50,553 nucleotides of DNA. Origin: Andalucia godoyi And28 (lineage: Eukaryota > Protista > Jakobida). The position numbers and the translations under genes are program-made. Position 1 is the first letter of the stretch. Every line of letters starts with the position of its first letter. The notes beneath the pieces were generated by a model, which saw nothing but the letters and a program-made list of their open reading frames with translations, ran no database searches and had not been told where the DNA came from. The DNA lies in NCBI GenBank assembly GCA_009859145.1, contig VRVR01000030.1, forward strand, positions 1 through 50,553. Direction: 5' to 3'. Of this stretch, positions 29,554 to 40,425 are shown piece after piece.

Positions 29554-31866
29554 ATGTCTGAGGATTACGAAGACGACTTTGAGTCGGATCCGAGCATATT
29601 GACAAGTCCTTCGAGCGGTACTCGTCGATCTTCGAACGGCCCGTCCATCGCCGTTCCGCCATCGTCACTGACTGCCAGTTTCCATCAGTCTCCACAGAGC
29701 AGCCTGCGAACTCCCTCCAACGAATCGAATGCATTCACGCCAAGATCAAGACATGTTCGGTACGCAGATGAAGACGCAGTTCCATCTCCGCGTTTTTCCA
29801 ATATCGACGACTCAGAACAAGCGCATTCCAATGCGCAGTTTACCAGACCGAGGTTTGTACGAAATGACACTGCATCGACATTCACTCCAGATGCCGACTC
29901 GCCTACAAGTAATCTGTCCGATGACGATTTTTTTGAAGACGATTTTCCTGCGGATGCGAGCTCTGCAAATCCGAACGACCGTTCGCAGCGACGTCGCCGA
30001 TATGGTGTCCACGAGGAACCGCAGAATCATCACCACCATCTGCAACAGCAGCAGCACCAACAGCAGCAGCAGCAGCACGAGCAATATGCGAGAAATGGGC
30101 CGGGTCCGAGTTCATCGAAGAGCCCGTATTCCGAGCACTCTGCAGCATCTTCGCGGCAAGACCACGAGAATCCACATGATGTGCACGGATCACAAGCACC
30201 AGCTCCCTCGGGGTCTCCTTCTGCGCTGTTTTTGGACGAAGATGATGTCATTTCTCCACCTGAACATGCACGCCACGGGTACGAGGAGGCAGAACAGTCA
30301 CGACAGCATGGGCATACGACCTTTCAGGATCCAGCTTTGCAGTCACACGATGATCCGCATCATGCACAGCACCAGCAGTATGTAGAGCAGCAGTCAGTGG
30401 TTGAACAACATGGGGACCGTCCGGATGACGAAGCTGCAGAGGGCAGATATCCTGTGATTCGTGAGGATCCGTATTTCTCATCGTCTACGATGCATCGATC
30501 CTTTGTCGCCGCGCTGGATGGACTGCGCATTGAACGACGGGAGGATCTGCAGCGATATATCAAAGAATGTGCGCAATCGTGGATGGCTCGAAGTTCGTAT
30601 GAACAGCGTGTGAAGCAGTATAACCAGCTTGTGAACCGTGAAGTCGACAGACGGAAAAAGGAAGATCACTTGTTGGATTGGGTGAAATCCCAGCGATCCT
30701 TCTGGACTCCGCATCCGATGGCGTCATCCCCGTCGTCTTATTTTGGAGAAGTAGGTGACGAAATGTGGATTGGGATGCGATCTTCATCGGACTATCTTCT
30801 TGGTATTTGCGAAATCGATGAGGAGGAACGGTTGTACGAGTGGAGGGATCTCTTGCATCCCCATTCTCCGACAAACGGAAGCCATTCTTCCACAACAACC
30901 GCGCCGAATGCCCAGTATGCAGCAACATCCTCGGGCAATTCCACGGCAAGATCCGGTTCGAAAGGATCCGCCGTCCGGCGCCAAAAAAACCGAGGCTCCT
31001 CTGCTCCTCTCCACTCTCGAGCTTCGAGCTCGCGCCCACAGCCGCCGAGTAGTGCTTCGATCCGAAAATCAGGCAGTCGCAGAACATATACTGGACAGGA
31101 CGCTGCTTCCGGTGAAGCAGATGATCGAGTCGAAATCGGTGGGCCGAACCCCTCGAGGTCCTCTTCAAAGCCGCTGTCAACAGAGGATAAACAAGCAAAC
31201 TGGATCGTTAAGCACACGGTCCGTGACGCTTCCTTGACTGCCCTGCAGTCTCCGTGGAGCCCGGTGATGAATCCCCCGCCTTCTCCAGCCCACGCGCGTT
31301 CGATGATGTCAACTTCAACCTCATCCTACTCAGGACGTAGGCTATCTTCAGCGGGTCCAGTCGTGCCTCCCCGTGCATCCGCCTCTGGACCAGCCGTCGA
31401 TCCCTCGCGTGCAGAGCGCGTTCCCCGGACGTATCGCCCCCTTCCGTCCAGCCGAGTTGCTCAGCCTCCATTGTCAAAGGAGGTTTTGAAAGAACTGCAA
31501 AACATGGTCGACAAGCACTTGCAAGATGCTCGAAATCGCAAGACGAAGCTCATGCGGGTGACCCAACGTGCTCTGAGCCCGGATTGCCATCAATACCTTA
31601 TTTGGATCGAACGGTTTCGAGACGCATTTGACCGCGAAGCTCGCAAGGGTCTCACGTCCCTCAGCGTTTCTCGAAGCTCCCTGTCGACTGAAACTCTTGA
31701 TCCGTTATCTCTCGATTCCTATTTAATTGGGGCAGCATCTCAAGGATCGATGGCGACGGATTCGAATCACGCGTTTATTTCCCATCGACCGCAGAATTCG
31801 GGATCACTTGCATCGTCTGCAGATCGCGTGCGTCGCATGGACAGCAATATTCGGGTTCTGAAATGA
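29554..31866 (+). CDS. Hypothetical protein, 770 aa, Ser/Pro/Gln/His-rich with central helical/coiled-coil block
   Basis: Long ATG-started ORF with coding-like composition; no family recognised. Confidence 0.8.
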   Translation: MSEDYEDDFESDPSILTSPSSGTRRSSNGPSIAVPPSSLTASFHQSPQSSLRTPSNESNAFTPRSRHVRYADEDAVPSPRFSNIDDSEQAHSNAQFTRPRFVRNDTASTFTPDADSPTSNLSDDDFFEDDFPADASSANPNDRSQRRRRYGVHEEPQNHHHHLQQQQHQQQQQQHEQYARNGPGPSSSKSPYSEHSAASSRQDHENPHDVHGSQAPAPSGSPSALFLDEDDVISPPEHARHGYEEAEQSRQHGHTTFQDPALQSHDDPHHAQHQQYVEQQSVVEQHGDRPDDEAAEGRYPVIREDPYFSSSTMHRSFVAALDGLRIERREDLQRYIKECAQSWMARSSYEQRVKQYNQLVNREVDRRKKEDHLLDWVKSQRSFWTPHPMASSPSSYFGEVGDEMWIGMRSSSDYLLGICEIDEEERLYEWRDLLHPHSPTNGSHSSTTTAPNAQYAATSSGNSTARSGSKGSAVRRQKNRGSSAPLHSRASSSRPQPPSSASIRKSGSRRTYTGQDAASGEADDRVEIGGPNPSRSSSKPLSTEDKQANWIVKHTVRDASLTALQSPWSPVMNPPPSPAHARSMMSTSTSSYSGRRLSSAGPVVPPRASASGPAVDPSRAERVPRTYRPLPSSRVAQPPLSKEVLKELQNMVDKHLQDARNRKTKLMRVTQRALSPDCHQYLIWIERFRDAFDREARKGLTSLSVSRSSLSTETLDPLSLDSYLIGAASQGSMATDSNHAFISHRPQNSGSLASSADRVRRMDSNIRVLK

Positions 31867-32058
31867 CGTCCTTATCGGCGTTCTGTTCTTATTTTCATTT
31901 CACTATCATTTGGCTTTATCATAAGTTGTTGTTTTTTTGTGTTTTTTTATACTTTTTCAATTTCATTTTTTCGAGATACTACGGGAAACTTGTACATGCT
32001 CTGGCGTATTTGGCTTCGCATTTTGTGATTTCTCTTCCAATGCAGAAAGCATTCGCTT

Positions 32059-32068
<10 letters not shown>

Positions 32069-32089
<21 letters not shown>
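32069..32089. repeat. G21 homopolymer preceded by T12, between convergent genes
   Basis: Directly visible. Confidence 0.95.
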
Positions 32090-32143
32090 CACCGCAAAGA
32101 AAAACGGGATATCTACAACCCACCTGGCAGCAAACGAATTTGC

Positions 32144-34126
32144 TCAAGAAAACCGATCCCGTGGAACGGATATGGCAGCCTGGGATCCATTTTCAACTAG
32201 ATTTCGTAGACTGCTTACTTTTGATTCCAACTCGGTTCGCCTGCGCTTTGTTGACGACAGCTCTTCCTCCAGTTCTCGTTCACGTTTAAGTAAATCAGCC
32301 TTTTGACGCTCGAGATCCGCAAGATTCTTTTCTGCTTGTTGCTTGCGAATGGCGATTGCCTTTTGCTCCTCCTCTCGGATCGTAAGCAAAACACGCAAGA
32401 GCTCATCCGCAAATATGGGGTCGGACACGAAATTGACTTTCGACAGAGCTGCAAGAGTGGGAGTAGCGCGGGACAAATCCGGGGACATCATCTTTTCCAA
32501 CGGACCATCAAAAGCGATCATCGCGGGGTAAATCACAGTTCTGATGTGCTCTGGAAGTGAGGTTGCAACATCTGCATACGAGTAGAAAGAAGAAGAAATG
32601 TTTGGATTACGGGAATCGTGAGATGCCAGAGGCTGCAATGGCTGTTCCTGACTCTTTGCGTTCAAAAACACCTTGCTGGCATGCTGTGGAGGACCCATTG
32701 GAAGGTGAGTCACATTGGACGAAATCGTTTGCATCGTACTAAGTGTAGGGGCTGCACGGTAGTTGGATGTTGCGTTGTTGTTGCTGTTGTTGCTGCTGCT
32801 GCTGCTGTTGTTGTTGTTGTGGTTCTGCTTTGATAAATGGGAGACTGTGCTCGAAAAAAGGGTTGGGGCCGAGACCCTGTAGCACAACAACGAATCCATC
32901 GACGCAGGCAAAGAAGCAGAAATCGGCTTTTGGCCAAAACCCGCCGTCGAATGTGCTGAAGCAGATTCGGTCGTCGTGCCGTCGGAGTTTGAGGACGTGG
33001 ATTGTGATTTCGAGTTAGCAAGAACGATGCTCGGCCCTGGGCCTGCTGCTGCTGTTGCTGGAAGCGGCTTCGCCGGCGGAAGATCATGCAATCCTGGAAA
33101 CATCCCGGGGGGACACGCGATTTCACACATCAGCCGAAGCTCCCGTGCATTCCAGTGGCGTGTATATCGAGGAAAGCGCATCTCAAATTGGACAACTGCC
33201 CCGGGAATTAAAGATGCCACGAAATCCAATTCCTCCAGGCACAGCATGTGGGGTGCTGCAAAATGCGCGGGAACGTCTGTCTTCCATTTGATCCAATATG
33301 AGGATCTGTATCCGGAATTTAGCTCCCCCAGCACTCTGCCATGAATTGCTTCAATCGGAGAATGTCCCTCAACAATCATTACGTGTTCCGCTACGAGTTG
33401 AAACGAGTTGTAAAGGTTGTACGCCGTTCTTGCGTCATAATTGTGAAACATCTTCGCGCCGCCAAACGTCTTGGGCCATTTTGATCGAACAGATTTCCAA
33501 TTATCCCTAGTGACATCGCTGGGCGGATTGGCGAGCGCAAGTCCCTGCAGGACGGCGAAACGAAGATATGCACCGTCTTCCTTGTCGTGAGCCAGATCCG
33601 ACGAAAACAGAAACAGAAGGTCGCATGGCGACTGCGGAAAGGCGCGTCGTAAATCTCGTGACTGAACATATGATTCCAACAACTGATACTCTCCGGGGTT
33701 CCAGTCAAAGCGGGGTCGCCGGTATGTCTTTTCAAACTCCAGAAGATAGTCCCCCCAGCCATACCGAATCAAATTTGGAAGCGAAATGGAAGACGACGTG
33801 GTGCCGTGGGAAAAGATCTGGTAGAACGATCGGTTCGACACTTCAATATCCAAGAAACGACCGCATATCGCCACAGCACTTTCTTGAGGAATGTAGTTCT
33901 CGCGAGACAGTGAAAAGCAAGAGTACGACGCAGGCTGTGACTTGTCTACTTTGGGGAGTGAACTTGCGAAGCTCGCGGATCGCAGCCGCTCAATCATCTC
34001 GGGGCTGAGTGCTCCAATATCCTCGTGATGAACATCTGAAATGCACACATTCAGCGGATCCGGAAAGCGATTCGCAAGCAGCAGCCGCGATCCGTTTGCA
34101 GCACTCGGAATTTCTGCAATGCTCAT
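32144..34126 (-). CDS. Hypothetical protein, 660 aa: globular N-half with a possible divergent chromodomain-like segment, Ser/Asn-rich linker, C-terminal coiled coil
   Basis: Long ATG-started ORF; PIEAIHGRV...YWIKWK...EELDFV; heptad-rich C-terminus. Confidence 0.8.
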   Translation of the reverse strand: MSIAEIPSAANGSRLLLANRFPDPLNVCISDVHHEDIGALSPEMIERLRSASFASSLPKVDKSQPASYSCFSLSRENYIPQESAVAICGRFLDIEVSNRSFYQIFSHGTTSSSISLPNLIRYGWGDYLLEFEKTYRRPRFDWNPGEYQLLESYVQSRDLRRAFPQSPCDLLFLFSSDLAHDKEDGAYLRFAVLQGLALANPPSDVTRDNWKSVRSKWPKTFGGAKMFHNYDARTAYNLYNSFQLVAEHVMIVEGHSPIEAIHGRVLGELNSGYRSSYWIKWKTDVPAHFAAPHMLCLEELDFVASLIPGAVVQFEMRFPRYTRHWNARELRLMCEIACPPGMFPGLHDLPPAKPLPATAAAGPGPSIVLANSKSQSTSSNSDGTTTESASAHSTAGFGQKPISASLPASMDSLLCYRVSAPTLFSSTVSHLSKQNHNNNNSSSSSNNSNNNATSNYRAAPTLSTMQTISSNVTHLPMGPPQHASKVFLNAKSQEQPLQPLASHDSRNPNISSSFYSYADVATSLPEHIRTVIYPAMIAFDGPLEKMMSPDLSRATPTLAALSKVNFVSDPIFADELLRVLLTIREEEQKAIAIRKQQAEKNLADLERQKADLLKRERELEEELSSTKRRRTELESKVSSLRNLVENGSQAAISVPRDRFS

Positions 34127-34935
34127 TTTCTATTACTACTATTATGATTAGTATTTGTCTTTGATTTTTCTCTTTTTTTTTTTTCCTTTTTTTTTTTTTT
34201 TCTGGTTCTGGTTCTGGTTCTGGTTTTGGCTTTGTTTTGCCGGGGGGGGCTTCCTTTTCCCTCTTTTTTCTCTTCGGACTTTGGAAATAGCTGACAAGAA
34301 ACAAGCGCAACCAATACAGGTGTGAGAACTAACCAGTTGAGACCACTCGAGTGTAAACGGGAGAGAAAGCGAGGCGAGAGAAACGTGAAAGATGATAAAG
34401 TCTCGACGAACACCCAAATAAGGAGAAAAAATAATGAAATGATGTGCTCGACTGCTCTCACAAGGACGATTCCAGTTATACGACGCTCGAAAGCTCCGGG
34501 TTTTTTTTAATTTTAAAAAACCTCTTTATTTATACGATTGCCTCTCGATGATTAGGGTTTTTCGAACTGTGCTTGTCAATCCTCTTTTTCTCAAGATGGT
34601 CGATGCGCCTTGTTTCCTTTTGCCAAGCATGCTTTCCCCATTGCCGCGAAAACATTCCGTGATTTTTATTCCCTCAGATATTGATGTGAGATGATTTGAT
34701 GTCTTGAAAAAAGAATGAAATAAAAAAAACCCTCACGCGGGAGTGCAGTTTCATTTGCTGAACACCTTTATGATACATTGCTCGCGAGTCGTGACGGTTC
34801 CCTTCAGGCAATAGAGATCGCCAGCACGACAAACGCACGTCAGTCGTTTTCCCGCACGCACACACACGCTTATATTATCGTAAACAACAGCGAAAGGAAG
34901 AAGAAGAAGAAACCCCGTTACTCTATACAAACCAC

Positions 34936-36768
34936 CTATGAACCGTCGAGATTCTGTCTCCATGATTGCCAACTGGACCTGCTTGCTTGCAAAGCTGCTG
35001 CAGACAGTGTGGTTCGCGCAGTATCCATGTTGGACGCATCTGCATGGTCACCTTCGCTCTTCTCAAGCAGTTCTCGAAACTTCTTCAACGACATTGCTGA
35101 CACATTCGACTTTAGAATTTCTTCTTTGTACAGATCCATCAGCGGTCTTCTCCATCCTGCAAGTATGTGTGCCGGAGCTTCCGCAGGCTGGATGAAAGAC
35201 GGAAGCATCAGACCGCCATACAATACAGCTTCTTCCCATTGCTCATCTGTCAGCAAGAGGCGCACGTTGACGTCGCGTGGAGACTCGCAGGCAGGCAGCT
35301 TCACAGAAGATGCATGTTCCGCAGTAGCACCATTGGACTCCTCGACAAGAAAAGTACCGCATTCTTCGGCGGATTCGCAGGAGGATACCTCGGATGAAGA
35401 ACGAGATCGGTCCTCTGCAAAAATGGAAACTATGATTGGAGTGTTTCCCTCTGAAGCTGGCGACAGAACCGGAAGACCTTCCTCCAGAAGAATGTATGCA
35501 CTTTGAGCGCTGATCTGTGTTGGCTCGATTGCCAGCAATGCGCCATTCTCCACGGAACCCACTTGTGAACTTTCCGGATGTGGCTCTTTCGCACCAGAAT
35601 GGAGTGTTTCGCTTTCAGATGAGGATGCAGTTCCTTCTGTTTCCATGTCATTTTCATCTTCGATGTGAAGAACAGGAGAGTCAGATACAACAATAACCGT
35701 GCTCTGGGCTTCATTGTTCTCCGCCTTGGCATTTCTGACGACACAGGCAGAAATCTCTGTATTACCCTTCGTCTGCGACCGATCTTTTTCATTATCCAGA
35801 GCATCCACTTGCACAACCTCGTCAGCAACCGCCCGAACTTCCTCAAAATCCGAAACGCACACTTGCACAGCGGCATCCACGCCCGTGATCAGGCGAGATG
35901 TGCTCACTTGGACACCGTCTTCTGTGAATGTACTTGCGTCCTGAACACCACTACTTCCCCTGGTTTGCGAGATGGCCTCTAAATCGGTGGGGTCTGAAGA
36001 GACTCCCACAAACGGTACCTTTCCCTTCTCCAAATCATCCAGCAGAACTGGAATTGGTGGAGAAACTCTGATGGCACCACTATGATCCACGGAGCCTTTA
36101 TCTGGATCTTCCAGATGCACTGGAAGCGGATCCGGAGAAAGAGAACGTAGCAATGCCGGTAGCTGATCCGGATTTCGGTCCACAGTCGCGATGACGACTA
36201 CTGCATTTCCACGTGGAGACGGTGCTGCAGAAGACACGAGAGACTCTGGGTCCTCCGTACTGGGGTCTTCTTCTTGTTCTTGCTGGATTTCGACAGACAG
36301 TTCGACATCGTCTATCACGCTCTGGTCGTCGGCAGCGACGGAATACTCGGATGCAGATCCATCGGCGTTGCCCCCGGATCCCCATCCAGACGCCAATGTG
36401 TTCGACCGAAACGATCCTGAGAGCGAATCTTCTTTGTGCAGACTGCACAGATCTTCCAGTTTTTGCCAGTGACGAACAGCCTCTTCCCTTTCTCTGATAA
36501 CTGCACGGCGCTCCTGCGCAACAACGGCCAGTCTTCTTTGAATGCTTAGTGCTGACGGGCTCCTGCTTGCGGTCGACTGAATGCCGTGAGCTTGTTCTGC
36601 TGCTGAAGACAGTTTGGTTTGCAACTGTTGCAAATTTGCTTCTGTCTGGGTCAGAACGGCCAGTGTCATGTCGAGATCTTGAATCACATCCATAATCGCA
36701 CATATCCTCATTTCCGCACGGGAAACAACGGCCAGCGATGCAGAAAATGCACCTTCATCTCTTTCCAT
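34936..36768 (-). CDS. Hypothetical acidic protein with N-terminal coiled coil, about 610 aa (start at MERDEG)
   Basis: Long ORF; the ORF-track RERERE extension is a (GA)n microsatellite; no family recognised. Confidence 0.78.
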   Translation of the reverse strand: MERDEGAFSASLAVVSRAEMRICAIMDVIQDLDMTLAVLTQTEANLQQLQTKLSSAAEQAHGIQSTASRSPSALSIQRRLAVVAQERRAVIREREEAVRHWQKLEDLCSLHKEDSLSGSFRSNTLASGWGSGGNADGSASEYSVAADDQSVIDDVELSVEIQQEQEEDPSTEDPESLVSSAAPSPRGNAVVVIATVDRNPDQLPALLRSLSPDPLPVHLEDPDKGSVDHSGAIRVSPPIPVLLDDLEKGKVPFVGVSSDPTDLEAISQTRGSSGVQDASTFTEDGVQVSTSRLITGVDAAVQVCVSDFEEVRAVADEVVQVDALDNEKDRSQTKGNTEISACVVRNAKAENNEAQSTVIVVSDSPVLHIEDENDMETEGTASSSESETLHSGAKEPHPESSQVGSVENGALLAIEPTQISAQSAYILLEEGLPVLSPASEGNTPIIVSIFAEDRSRSSSEVSSCESAEECGTFLVEESNGATAEHASSVKLPACESPRDVNVRLLLTDEQWEEAVLYGGLMLPSFIQPAEAPAHILAGWRRPLMDLYKEEILKSNVSAMSLKKFRELLEKSEGDHADASNMDTARTTLSAAALQASRSSWQSWRQNLDGS

Positions 36769-36794
36769 TCCACCTTCAGCAGCCTTCCTTTCTC

Positions 36795-36812
36795 TCTCCC
36801 TCTCCCTCTCTC

Positions 36813-36843
<31 letters not shown>
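36795..36843. repeat. (CT)n/(GA)n microsatellite
   Basis: Directly visible. Confidence 0.9.
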
Positions 36844-37129
36844 CACTGTTTCTCGATCTTTTCTTTTTTGTTCTCTCTAGCGGTGTTGTTGTTTATGTCG
36901 GATATGTGGAGTCTTTCTTGTTGCTCTTGATTTCCCTCGGATCGGCCCAACGGCTGACAGGGTGTGGGTTTCGGAGGGGAATTGGACAAAAAGAAAAGGG
37001 TCGGTGAAATACGGAAATACGAGAGATGGCTCAAGGGGTGCCTCACTACGATAGGGGAGGAGGGGAAAAGATGTGCAAGCATGAAGCACCGGATGAACAG
37101 CCGTCATGCGAGAAACGCAGCAGCCCACG

Positions 37130-39745
37130 CTACACAGAGCCTTGCAAAGACGAGACAACCAATGGGAACTTGTTCAGAACGGGATACAACGGAAGGCTTC
37201 CAAAGATCGACTGGTCATCCAGCAGCAATGAAAACTCACCCAGCGGCAGAGGAGACGAAAGAGGGACGTATCTCCGCTTCTTGGAGTCCCATGAAGACTC
37301 CTGGCTGGTGAATGCATCCGGTACCGAAAACACATATCCCTTAGTGGGTCTCTTCGCGAGCGATCCATAGAGAGAGAACGTTCGTCCAGGATGCGACAAG
37401 CTGGACTCGAGCAGCTGAGATGTCAGAGACTGCACGGCTTGGTTCGGCAGCTTCTCCAAGTTCATGTTTAGGTATCCCATTGACGCAGCATGCTCTCTGG
37501 AGTCGCCGTCTTGTGTTTTCTTTTTCTGCGTGACTGCAGAAGCACGAACACCAGCCGCAGACGTCGTGCGCACGGACGCTTGTCCCGGTGATGGATGAAG
37601 AGGTGGCGAAGCGGCGCGGAGCTGAGGACCCTTCTTTCGCAGATCCGGAAGCGCACGTGGTTCTAGACTCTCCGCTATCCCTTCATGCTGCCTCTTCCTT
37701 GCGCGTCTCTTTCGTTGCACTCTCTTGTCCGTACTTGCGGATTTTCTGTCATCATCGTCGTCGTCGTCGTCGCGACTGTTCCTCTTCTTCTTTTTCTTCT
37801 TCGACGACGAACTGCTTGACGTCAGCAGCCGAACAATCAAGTACTTTGCGATGAATGCAATCAGGATCAAAAGAAGTAACATGTAAAAGAAGGACAGGAA
37901 TGTGTCATTCGTGCCACAGCCAACCTGAATGTGGCAAATGATGTTCAGGACAAAACAGTCGCACTGACTACCGGATGCCCCGTCCGATCCCGTTGCGGAT
38001 CGGTCTGCTGTGCCAGAAGCACCTCCTTGTGCACCAAGATCTTCTTGGACTGCAGTCGTTGTGAAGTTGATTTTTCTCTCATCAAGAATTTGCCCCAGCA
38101 AGTCCCACAAGCGCAGCCGGCACGTGTTCAGCTTCGTTGTGTCAACTTCGGCTTGAATTGCAAAATCAACCCCCGCTGTCCCTTGCGGTGCAATGGATAT
38201 TTGCTTTGCCAAGACTGGCAAAATGCCACTCGAGCAGTCGTCAACCGTGACTTCATAGTCCGAGACAATGTAGCCCGTGTTGCTGCAGATCACGACGAGC
38301 AGCCCATTTTTGGAAAACGCTGAAAAATCCTTGATTGTCGCGCTGATGATCTTGCCGTTGGACCGATTCATGACATACTTGATGGACGCTGCATCAATGG
38401 TTAGCGCAATAAGCGTCGTGTCTGTGTACTCTTGCTTGCGAAAAAGACTCACCGTGACGGAGTTTAGATGCCACCGCGGCGGGGACGACAGGACACGCAT
38501 CCCCGGATGTCTGGGTGGGAGAGAGTTCGAGATGTCATCGCTCAACGTCGCGTGTCGAAGTGCGGCATACTTGTCCAGTGAATGCTCCTCAGCCGATTCC
38601 TGGGGAAACTGCTTGTCTGCATCGGCTGCTGCGGGACTGGAAGCATATGCCTGTATGGAAAATTCCCCAAAATTCGAAAGGAAATAGCTTCCTACGAGCC
38701 CTTTCACAGACTTTTCCAAGTCAGCCTTGTGATAATCCTCCAGCTGGTTTTGCAGGCACGAGCCAACCGTTCCATAGCATTGATTTCCCTGGTCATATCG
38801 AAATGCAACGAAAGATACTCCAATTTTGTTGCACTCGGACCCTGAAAAAGAGACAAGGGATTTGTCGATGAGCATGGAGTTTTTGAATCCGTACATGACT
38901 CGATCGTTGGACACCGGACTGCTGGGCACAAAGTAGTACTTGCCAGACAAGGAGAGGCGAGATTTGAAGCTTTCAAAGTTCCCAACCAACCGAACGCGGA
39001 TGCTCTTATCTGTCAATGATCGAACAGTTCCCACTGGACTGACAACGAGGGTTTCCTTTCTCGCACTTACGGTTCCATTGGCAGCGGTTTCCTTCCATTC
39101 GACTGCAACGTTGACGTTGAAAAACAACGTAGGGTCTCCAATTTCGTAAGCGGCATACCAAAGAGTGTCGTATCGCAGACAGTGTGCGGACTGATAAGAC
39201 GTCAGAAACCCTGTGAGGCATGACAGAGAAGCGCGCGTCCGCTGTGAATTGACAGCGTCCATCAGGGTGCATGAGCAGCAGAAACCTTGGGAGTCCGGGA
39301 TGTTATTCCCGTTCGAGTCTTGTGCCCAGCCGCATGAAGGACTGCTTGCGCCTCCACTATCGGTGCATCCAAAGGCCCCAAGCTTGATTACTTGCTCGTA
39401 CGGGGCGGCATTGAACGTCTGACGGTAAGTAATGGGGTACGACAAATACGACGAAGTGCGCGAGACGGATATCTTCACCGGGGATGCCAGCGTGTAGTTG
39501 CGACCTTGACTGTCTCGTGCAGACTTCATCACCGCCACCAGTGACTGAGTCGCGGCCTGTCCAGACTGGAGCGTCAGAGCAACCGTGAACTTTTGTTGGC
39601 AGTCCATTGCGTCGTCGTCGGGGTTCGATCCATCTCGAACACACTGCTCCAGCTGGGACGCTGCGATCAAGTCGCCCAACGCCCGCTGCACAAAATGCAC
39701 AGTCATGACAACTGACAGCAAAGCGACAAGCACAGTCCGTGCCAT
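37130..39745 (-). CDS. HAP2: HAP2/GCS1 gamete fusogen, 871 aa
   Basis: Signal peptide; CQQKFTVALTL, SQGFCCSC, SAHCLRYDTLWYAAYEIG, ECNKIGVSFVAFRYDQGNQC...GSCLQNQL; Ig-like domain III; one TM helix; Lys-rich cytoplasmic tail. Confidence 0.95.
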   Translation of the reverse strand: MARTVLVALLSVVMTVHFVQRALGDLIAASQLEQCVRDGSNPDDDAMDCQQKFTVALTLQSGQAATQSLVAVMKSARDSQGRNYTLASPVKISVSRTSSYLSYPITYRQTFNAAPYEQVIKLGAFGCTDSGGASSPSCGWAQDSNGNNIPDSQGFCCSCTLMDAVNSQRTRASLSCLTGFLTSYQSAHCLRYDTLWYAAYEIGDPTLFFNVNVAVEWKETAANGTVSARKETLVVSPVGTVRSLTDKSIRVRLVGNFESFKSRLSLSGKYYFVPSSPVSNDRVMYGFKNSMLIDKSLVSFSGSECNKIGVSFVAFRYDQGNQCYGTVGSCLQNQLEDYHKADLEKSVKGLVGSYFLSNFGEFSIQAYASSPAAADADKQFPQESAEEHSLDKYAALRHATLSDDISNSLPPRHPGMRVLSSPPRWHLNSVTVSLFRKQEYTDTTLIALTIDAASIKYVMNRSNGKIISATIKDFSAFSKNGLLVVICSNTGYIVSDYEVTVDDCSSGILPVLAKQISIAPQGTAGVDFAIQAEVDTTKLNTCRLRLWDLLGQILDERKINFTTTAVQEDLGAQGGASGTADRSATGSDGASGSQCDCFVLNIICHIQVGCGTNDTFLSFFYMLLLLILIAFIAKYLIVRLLTSSSSSSKKKKKKRNSRDDDDDDDDRKSASTDKRVQRKRRARKRQHEGIAESLEPRALPDLRKKGPQLRAASPPLHPSPGQASVRTTSAAGVRASAVTQKKKTQDGDSREHAASMGYLNMNLEKLPNQAVQSLTSQLLESSLSHPGRTFSLYGSLAKRPTKGYVFSVPDAFTSQESSWDSKKRRYVPLSSPLPLGEFSLLLDDQSIFGSLPLYPVLNKFPLVVSSLQGSV

Positions 39746-40321
39746 CCTTGTTAATCTCTCCGTCGGGATGCCAGTCTGTCAGTGTGTTGCTTGTTGCGAG
39801 ATTTCCCCTTTGCCCTCCCTCGACTGGCAAGCTGGCAAACTGACAATTCCAAAAGAATCCGAATCTGGATGCGTCGGAACCTCGGGGCCCCGCTTATCCA
39901 CCCGGGTGAGTGAGGACTGAGAAGGCACCAAACTAGAGTATCCCCATGAGATGCTAGATGCCATATCCAGACTCGACAGCCATTTGCAGAAGTGATGTGG
40001 CCCCGCCTGGCCGCCGAACTCACCATAAATGGGACAGCTGCGCTGGCCGTCTTTCGTAGTGGCGGCTGCATCAACTGCTGCTGCCCCCCCGTTTTGGTCC
40101 GGTTGACGGCTGTACACACTCCGCCGGTGAGGCCACGGAAGGCACGCACACTGGATGAGGAACCGAGCATTCCCCAAGAATTTGAAAAGCGTGGAAAAAC
40201 GACTGACGACAGGCTTGAGCAGCGAGCAGCAAAAAGGAACGGGCGAAAAACCAAGGAGCGGCGCGAGAAAAAAAAAAGGTGGAGAAGAGCCAAGTCTTTT
40301 TCTTCTTTTTATTATTCACGT

Positions 40322-40385
40322 ATGCAACGTGTCTTTTCACTTGTTTCTCGTTTTGTTCGGTATCCTTTACGTTTCATGAGCGAGT

Positions 40386-40425
<40 letters not shown>

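Noticed and set aside
39992-40321. 110-aa N-terminal extension of TRM2 in the ORF track
   Set aside because: Lies in the divergent HAP2/TRM2 promoter region, has no homology-like features and includes an A-run; 40322 is the more plausible start.
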